A stretch of 64,000 nucleotides of DNA from Candidatus Cloacimonadales bacterium (GTDB lineage Bacteria; Cloacimonadota; Cloacimonadia; Cloacimonadales; JAFGVF01), in NCBI GenBank assembly GCA_963663475.2, contig CAXXJV010000001.1, positions 2,592,001-2,656,000 on the forward strand. The letters run 5' to 3'. Position 1 is the stretch's first letter; each line of letters begins with the position of its first letter. Below the pieces are notes generated by a model, which saw nothing but the letters and a program-made list of their open reading frames with translations, searched no databases and was not told the origin of the DNA. Of the stretch, positions 59,933-64,000 are shown one piece after another. The position numbers and the translations under genes were made by a program.

Positions 59933-60395
59933 TACCTACCTCTTTTTTAAAAGCTTCAATAATTTCAGGAATTTTGGCTGAAGTGAGTTTCCCATAAGTT
60001 TTGTCTTCAATCATGATTACTGGGGCTAAAGAACAGCATCCCAGACATGCTACTTCCAGAATTGTAAACAAGTTATCACTAGTTGTATCTTGATCAGCTT
60101 CTAGTCCTAGGGTCTCTCTAAGTGCTTCTAAAATAGTTTTTGCTCCTGAGACATGACAAGCTGTCCCCTTGCAAATACGAATTGTATATTTACCTTGGGC
60201 TGTTAAACGGAACATAGAATAAAAAGTTGCAACTCCATAGATTTCAGCAATAGTAATATTTGTTAACTCTGCTACCTCTTTTATACTATCTCTTGAAAGA
60301 TAACCTTCTGCCCTTTGGATCTCTTGCAATATTGGGATTAATGACCCCTTTTTATTTTGGTATTTACTTATAATCTCTTTTATACTTATAGACAT
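59925..60395 (-). CDS. nuoE: NuoE/HydC/StnA-like 2Fe-2S subunit
   Basis: GVATFY, CKGTAC, CLGCC..APV. Confidence 0.92.
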   Translation of the reverse strand: MSISIKEIISKYQNKKGSLIPILQEIQRAEGYLSRDSIKEVAELTNITIAEIYGVATFYSMFRLTAQGKYTIRICKGTACHVSGAKTILEALRETLGLEADQDTTSDNLFTILEVACLGCCSLAPVIMIEDKTYGKLTSAKIPEIIEAFKKEVGND

Positions 60396-60407
60396 TTACC
60401 TGCTCCT

Positions 60408-60842
60408 CTATAATTTCTTTTTGAATCTTTCAATCAAGTCTTTTGCTTCAGGGGTTCTTTCAATAAACTCAACAAAAGCAAACATGCGATTAAAGGTCTC
60501 AATACTGATATCATGTTCAACCAGGCAGGCATCTGCATCAGCCTGACCATGCTCTATGCCTAATACTTCATTGAAAAAACGAGTAAGAGTTAGATGCCTT
60601 CTATAAATCTTTCCAGCTAACTCCCTCCCTTTATCAGTGAGAATAATATCTTTATATTTCTCATAGATGATTAAATCTTCTTCAGCTAATTTACGTAGAG
60701 CAGAAACTACTGAAGGCTTCTTCACACCAAGTTTTATAGCTAAATCAGTTACCCTAATCTTTTCATTAGAAAGTCCTAAAAGAAGGATTCTCTCTAAATA
60801 GTCTTCCAAACTCTTACCAAGGTTTAAGAACTCACTAGTCAT
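60408..60842 (-). CDS. DtxR/MntR-family metal-dependent regulator
   Basis: SLEDYLE.I, DLA..LGV..PSV, RRH..L..F, DAC.VEH.IS. Confidence 0.9.
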   Translation of the reverse strand: MTSEFLNLGKSLEDYLERILLLGLSNEKIRVTDLAIKLGVKKPSVVSALRKLAEEDLIIYEKYKDIILTDKGRELAGKIYRRHLTLTRFFNEVLGIEHGQADADACLVEHDISIETFNRMFAFVEFIERTPEAKDLIERFKKKL

Positions 60843-60928
60843 TTATCATCCTTTGTGTTTTGTTAAATCTTTGCTAATCAATTTATCCTATTCCTGTAAA
60901 TCAACATTATTATGTGCCTTTAAATAAA

Positions 60929-60959
60929 ATATGACAGAATAGCTCTTACTCTGTCATAT
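60929..60959 (-). terminator. Terminator-like hairpin ATATGACAGA/TCTGTCATAT
   Basis: Inverted repeat with a T-rich tail on the minus strand. Confidence 0.6.
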
Positions 60960-60985
60960 CTTACTAATCATAGTTAAATACTTTC

Positions 60986-61810
60986 CTATTTTATCTTAAG
61001 AATTTGGGCAAGTTTCCCACCCATTACCGAAACATTTTGGTTTGAATCTTTTTTCCATTCTTTGACCGTTCTAGTAGTTACTTTAACAAATTCTGCTGAT
61101 TTGTCTCGATTGCTTTGCTGAGTTATAATATTAGCAAGTTTTTTCATACTTACCCAGATAGTTTTAATTCTCTTATCATCAGCATCATGCAGCCATTCCT
61201 TGACAACAGGGTAACATTTATTTGGTTTAGAACGTCCAACTTGAGTTAGAATGTGGGTAATTTTCTTTTGCACTTCCAAAGATTCATCATCAATCATGTT
61301 TCCAATAAAAGACATAATGAATTTAGGATCGCTAGCAGCAATATTCTCCATGCCATGTAGGGATAATGATCTTTTGACTTCATCAGGATCTTTCTGCCAT
61401 TGTGGCATATACTTTTTCATGGTCTTGGGATGTTTTTTCCACATATTAAGAGCTATTGTTTCAGCTTCCCAAGGCACTTTATCGTAATATTTGTCTAATA
61501 CTAAAATAACATCTTCAGCATTAGTAGTATTTTTATAGTAAAAATAGAAGAGAGCAGTTGCTCTTATTCCATAGATCTTATGCTTTAACATTTTATGACA
61601 GATTTCATCCATGAATTCTAAATCTTCACATTCGGCAAGTAGTTTGCCCAACTCTTCTCTAACAAAGTAGTTGGCTGTGTTAGCTATCAAATTAATTCTT
61701 CTTGTTACAGATGTTGCTTTCTTCAGCTTAACCTGATCAAAAATTTCTCCTACTTTTAGTCGTAATTCCTTCATATCTTCTGGTGTTAAACGACCTACTT
61801 GTCTAAACAT
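60986..61810 (-). CDS. HEAT/ARM-repeat protein (DNA alkylation repair AlkD-like fold possible)
   Basis: W.KDPDEVKR, DDESLEVQK, W.KDSN.NV repeats. Confidence 0.6.
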   Translation of the reverse strand: MFRQVGRLTPEDMKELRLKVGEIFDQVKLKKATSVTRRINLIANTANYFVREELGKLLAECEDLEFMDEICHKMLKHKIYGIRATALFYFYYKNTTNAEDVILVLDKYYDKVPWEAETIALNMWKKHPKTMKKYMPQWQKDPDEVKRSLSLHGMENIAASDPKFIMSFIGNMIDDESLEVQKKITHILTQVGRSKPNKCYPVVKEWLHDADDKRIKTIWVSMKKLANIITQQSNRDKSAEFVKVTTRTVKEWKKDSNQNVSVMGGKLAQILKIK

Positions 61811-62055
61811 ATATTTTCTCCTGTAGAAATTTACATCAATTATAAGATTCGATACAAATTATTGTTATTTCTTTATTGGTATATAAAATTAGTCGGTATT
61901 TACTAAATAGTTAAGATTTAAACCTTGTATAATTTAGTTGAATACATAACTTAACCGACTATTTATATTGAATAATTTTATGTCAAGTATTTTATTACTG
62001 CAATTTATTTTTACTATACAATTAGAAGTTAGCTCAAGTTTTTGTAAAGTGAATA

Positions 62056-62916
62056 TTATTTATCTAAGTAGAGCTTATAATAGGCTTTAGCCTTAACATT
62101 CTTCAAACTATCTTTATTAGTAAAATCTTTTTCATACTTCTCTGCAAGCTTAATTACCTCTTCATATTCACCTAATATATAGAGAGTATCAAGGTAATTT
62201 AAGACATATAAACTAGGGGAAAGATCAAGATTTTCCATAGCCTTATAACAGTCCAATGCCTTATTATACTGTTTGATAGCCCGGTAAGAATGGGCAAGTT
62301 TTCTTAGAAAAACATTTGGTGCTACTTCATCCCATGAAATTTTAGACAAGTGATAAGCACTAGCTAAGTAATTACCTCTCATATAGCTATGATTACCTTT
62401 TACATAATGAAAGTAAGTATCTTGTCCATATCTTTTTTCATAAAGAGCAAGCTCAATTGCCTCCTCCTTAAACTGCTCTGTAAATAATAAGATATCGATA
62501 ATTAGTTTTAAAGCTGATTGCCCTAGTTTTTCATTATCCTGTAGTTTTCTTGCCTCGATAACTGCCTTATCTGCTTCTCCAAGATTTAAGTAGCAGATTG
62601 CTGTGTTATAAATAGACTCTGGATAAATCTCACCAGTATCTTTAAAAGCTTTAATTGCTAAGCGATAGTCTTCATTACGCATATAGGATAACGCTAGGGT
62701 AAAGGAAGCACTAGCATCTAAGTCAGTAATCTTCTTAGCTTTTTCTAAATACTTAACCGCTTCTGAATCTCTTTCTTCCTTGGCTAAGTATAATCCCAAA
62801 GCAAGTAAATACTCATAATTCTGGGGCTCATCTGCTATAGCCTTTTTAATCAAGTGTACAGCCTTGAGAGGATTCTTTTTAATTAAATACTCAAATCTTA
62901 AGATTTTATCATTCAT
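62056..62916 (-). CDS. Tetratricopeptide repeat protein
   Basis: Multiple TPR-like helical pairs (LALG...EAVKYLEKA, YNTAICYLNLG..DKA). Confidence 0.8.
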   Translation of the reverse strand: MNDKILRFEYLIKKNPLKAVHLIKKAIADEPQNYEYLLALGLYLAKEERDSEAVKYLEKAKKITDLDASASFTLALSYMRNEDYRLAIKAFKDTGEIYPESIYNTAICYLNLGEADKAVIEARKLQDNEKLGQSALKLIIDILLFTEQFKEEAIELALYEKRYGQDTYFHYVKGNHSYMRGNYLASAYHLSKISWDEVAPNVFLRKLAHSYRAIKQYNKALDCYKAMENLDLSPSLYVLNYLDTLYILGEYEEVIKLAEKYEKDFTNKDSLKNVKAKAYYKLYLDK

Positions 62917-62917
62917 A

Positions 62918-63703
62918 TTAATAAATATAAGAGTTTATGAAACTCCAGTACATACCGAATAATTTATATCCCCATAAAATATATATCCAAGAAGATATAA
63001 CTAAAAATGGTCCAAAGGGAAATAACTTATCCTTACTATATTTCATAAATATTGACATTACGATTAGACCTAATAAGCTAGCCATAGCAACTATCATAAT
63101 TAAGTTTAATCCACCTACAAAAAATCCCATAGCCGAGATAAGAAGTACATCTCCAAAACCTAAGCCTTCTTTGCCTCTAATGTAATAATAGGCTATCATG
63201 ATTAACATAAAGAAAGCAAATGAACCTGCTCCACCTGCTAAACCACTAATAAGACTGGTCTCGTTTCCAGGAATAAAAAGTGAAATAAGACCTAGAATAT
63301 TAAGTGGAATAGAAAGCTTAAAAGGTATTCGCATATGGTATAAGTCTATGAAAATTATTATTATCCCGTAGGAAAAAAAGATTAAGTATTTAAATAATAA
63401 AACAGGGTTATCTGCTCCGAATCTCCAATAAACCAATAAATAAATTAAGGGTGTTAAAAATTCAACAATTACATAATGCCAGCTAATTTTAGCTCCACAA
63501 TTCCTGCATTTTCCTCTCAGAAATAACCAAGAAAAGATAGGAACATTTAGCCAAAAAGGGATTGCATAATCACATTTTGGACATTTTGATGATGGGATTA
63601 ATGATTTATCAAGAGGTAAACGGTAGATTACTACATTAAAAAAGCTTCCAAAGGCCATTCCTAGCATTACTAGGAAGGCAATAATTAACGGTTCAAGACC
63701 CAA
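62918..63703 (-). CDS. pilD: Prepilin peptidase (A24)
   Basis: GSFFNVVIYRLP, CPKC, GKCRNC, GLGFGD, PFGPF. Confidence 0.93.
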   Translation of the reverse strand: MGLEPLIIAFLVMLGMAFGSFFNVVIYRLPLDKSLIPSSKCPKCDYAIPFWLNVPIFSWLFLRGKCRNCGAKISWHYVIVEFLTPLIYLLVYWRFGADNPVLLFKYLIFFSYGIIIIFIDLYHMRIPFKLSIPLNILGLISLFIPGNETSLISGLAGGAGSFAFFMLIMIAYYYIRGKEGLGFGDVLLISAMGFFVGGLNLIMIVAMASLLGLIVMSIFMKYSKDKLFPFGPFLVISSWIYILWGYKLFGMYWSFINSYIY

Positions 63704-64000
63704 TTAGTCCCTCCAAAATTTATTTGATCTGAAATATGGATTCTCAGATCCTCCTCGAAACACAAAATGAATAGAAGTGTTTTCTGTAGGACGATAATTA
63801 ACTGAAAAATCTGGAACTAAATCAGTTGAGTTATCATCATTTCCCTCAATATTGAAGCCCTTTGTAATATTAGCTGAACCAAAATTACTTAAATGTAAAT
63901 CAACATTAATATCAAGTTTATCATTTACTTGGTAGGAAATATGATTTGTGTATCGTGATTGATAGAGAGATGTTCCAGAAGAATAAGCAGTTGAAAATGA
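63704..64000 (-). CDS. 3' end of a hypothetical protein running in from the window edge (not in the ORF track)
   Basis: Open frame SFSTAYSSGTSLYQSRYTNHISY...VPDFSVNYRPTEN...KFWRD* ending immediately before the pilD start. Confidence 0.7.
   Translation of the reverse strand, partial: SFSTAYSSGTSLYQSRYTNHISYQVNDKLDINVDLHLSNFGSANITKGFNIEGNDDNSTDLVPDFSVNYRPTENTSIHFVFRGGSENPYFRSNKFWRD

Noticed and set aside
54861-60395. Respiratory complex I, [FeFe]-hydrogenase or glutamate synthase
   Set aside because: No other nuo genes, no H-cluster motifs and no gltB in the window; the domain order fits Stn/Nso better

Overview
AT-rich bacterial chromosomal window. It most resembles Candidatus Cloacimonadota (inferred from many secreted proteins ending in an FlgD-Ig/T9SS-type 'YNLKGQ-V' C-terminal domain and from anaerobic redox genes). 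(1) 1-21.9 kb: after mgtE, a duplicated surface-protein module. In each module an extended ECF-like sigma factor is divergent from a small signal-peptide gene. Together the modules carry five ~816-aa beta-helix paralogs that are sequence mosaics of each other, one truncated sixth copy and a 1556-aa hydrolase/beta-helix protein. Only the last 24 nt of that large gene are present in the second module, joined to a REP-like doublet. (2) 21.9-26.3 kb: rnhB, a pdxA-methyltransferase fusion, a DUF2007-pyrE fusion and an aminotransferase. (3) 26.4-42.4 kb: defence island with a REP-flanked Y1 transposase, RloA/RloB, a MORN protein and a SNF2 helicase + type III-like Mod/Res operon that has a RhuM-like/Doc pair between mod and res. 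(4) 42.6-50.2 kb: DUF1801, DUF4476, an IS21 and an IS3 inserted in one 8-bp microsatellite, a class II photolyase and REP clusters. (5) 50.2-60.8 kb: an NqrA/RnfC-less NqrBCDEF-like operon next to a Stn/HydABC-type (NuoE-NuoF-GltD/NuoG) putative bifurcating transhydrogenase headed by a DtxR-family regulator. (6) HEAT-repeat, TPR and prepilin peptidase genes. No rRNA, tRNA or CRISPR array was recognised. All family calls come from motif recognition by eye, not from database searches.
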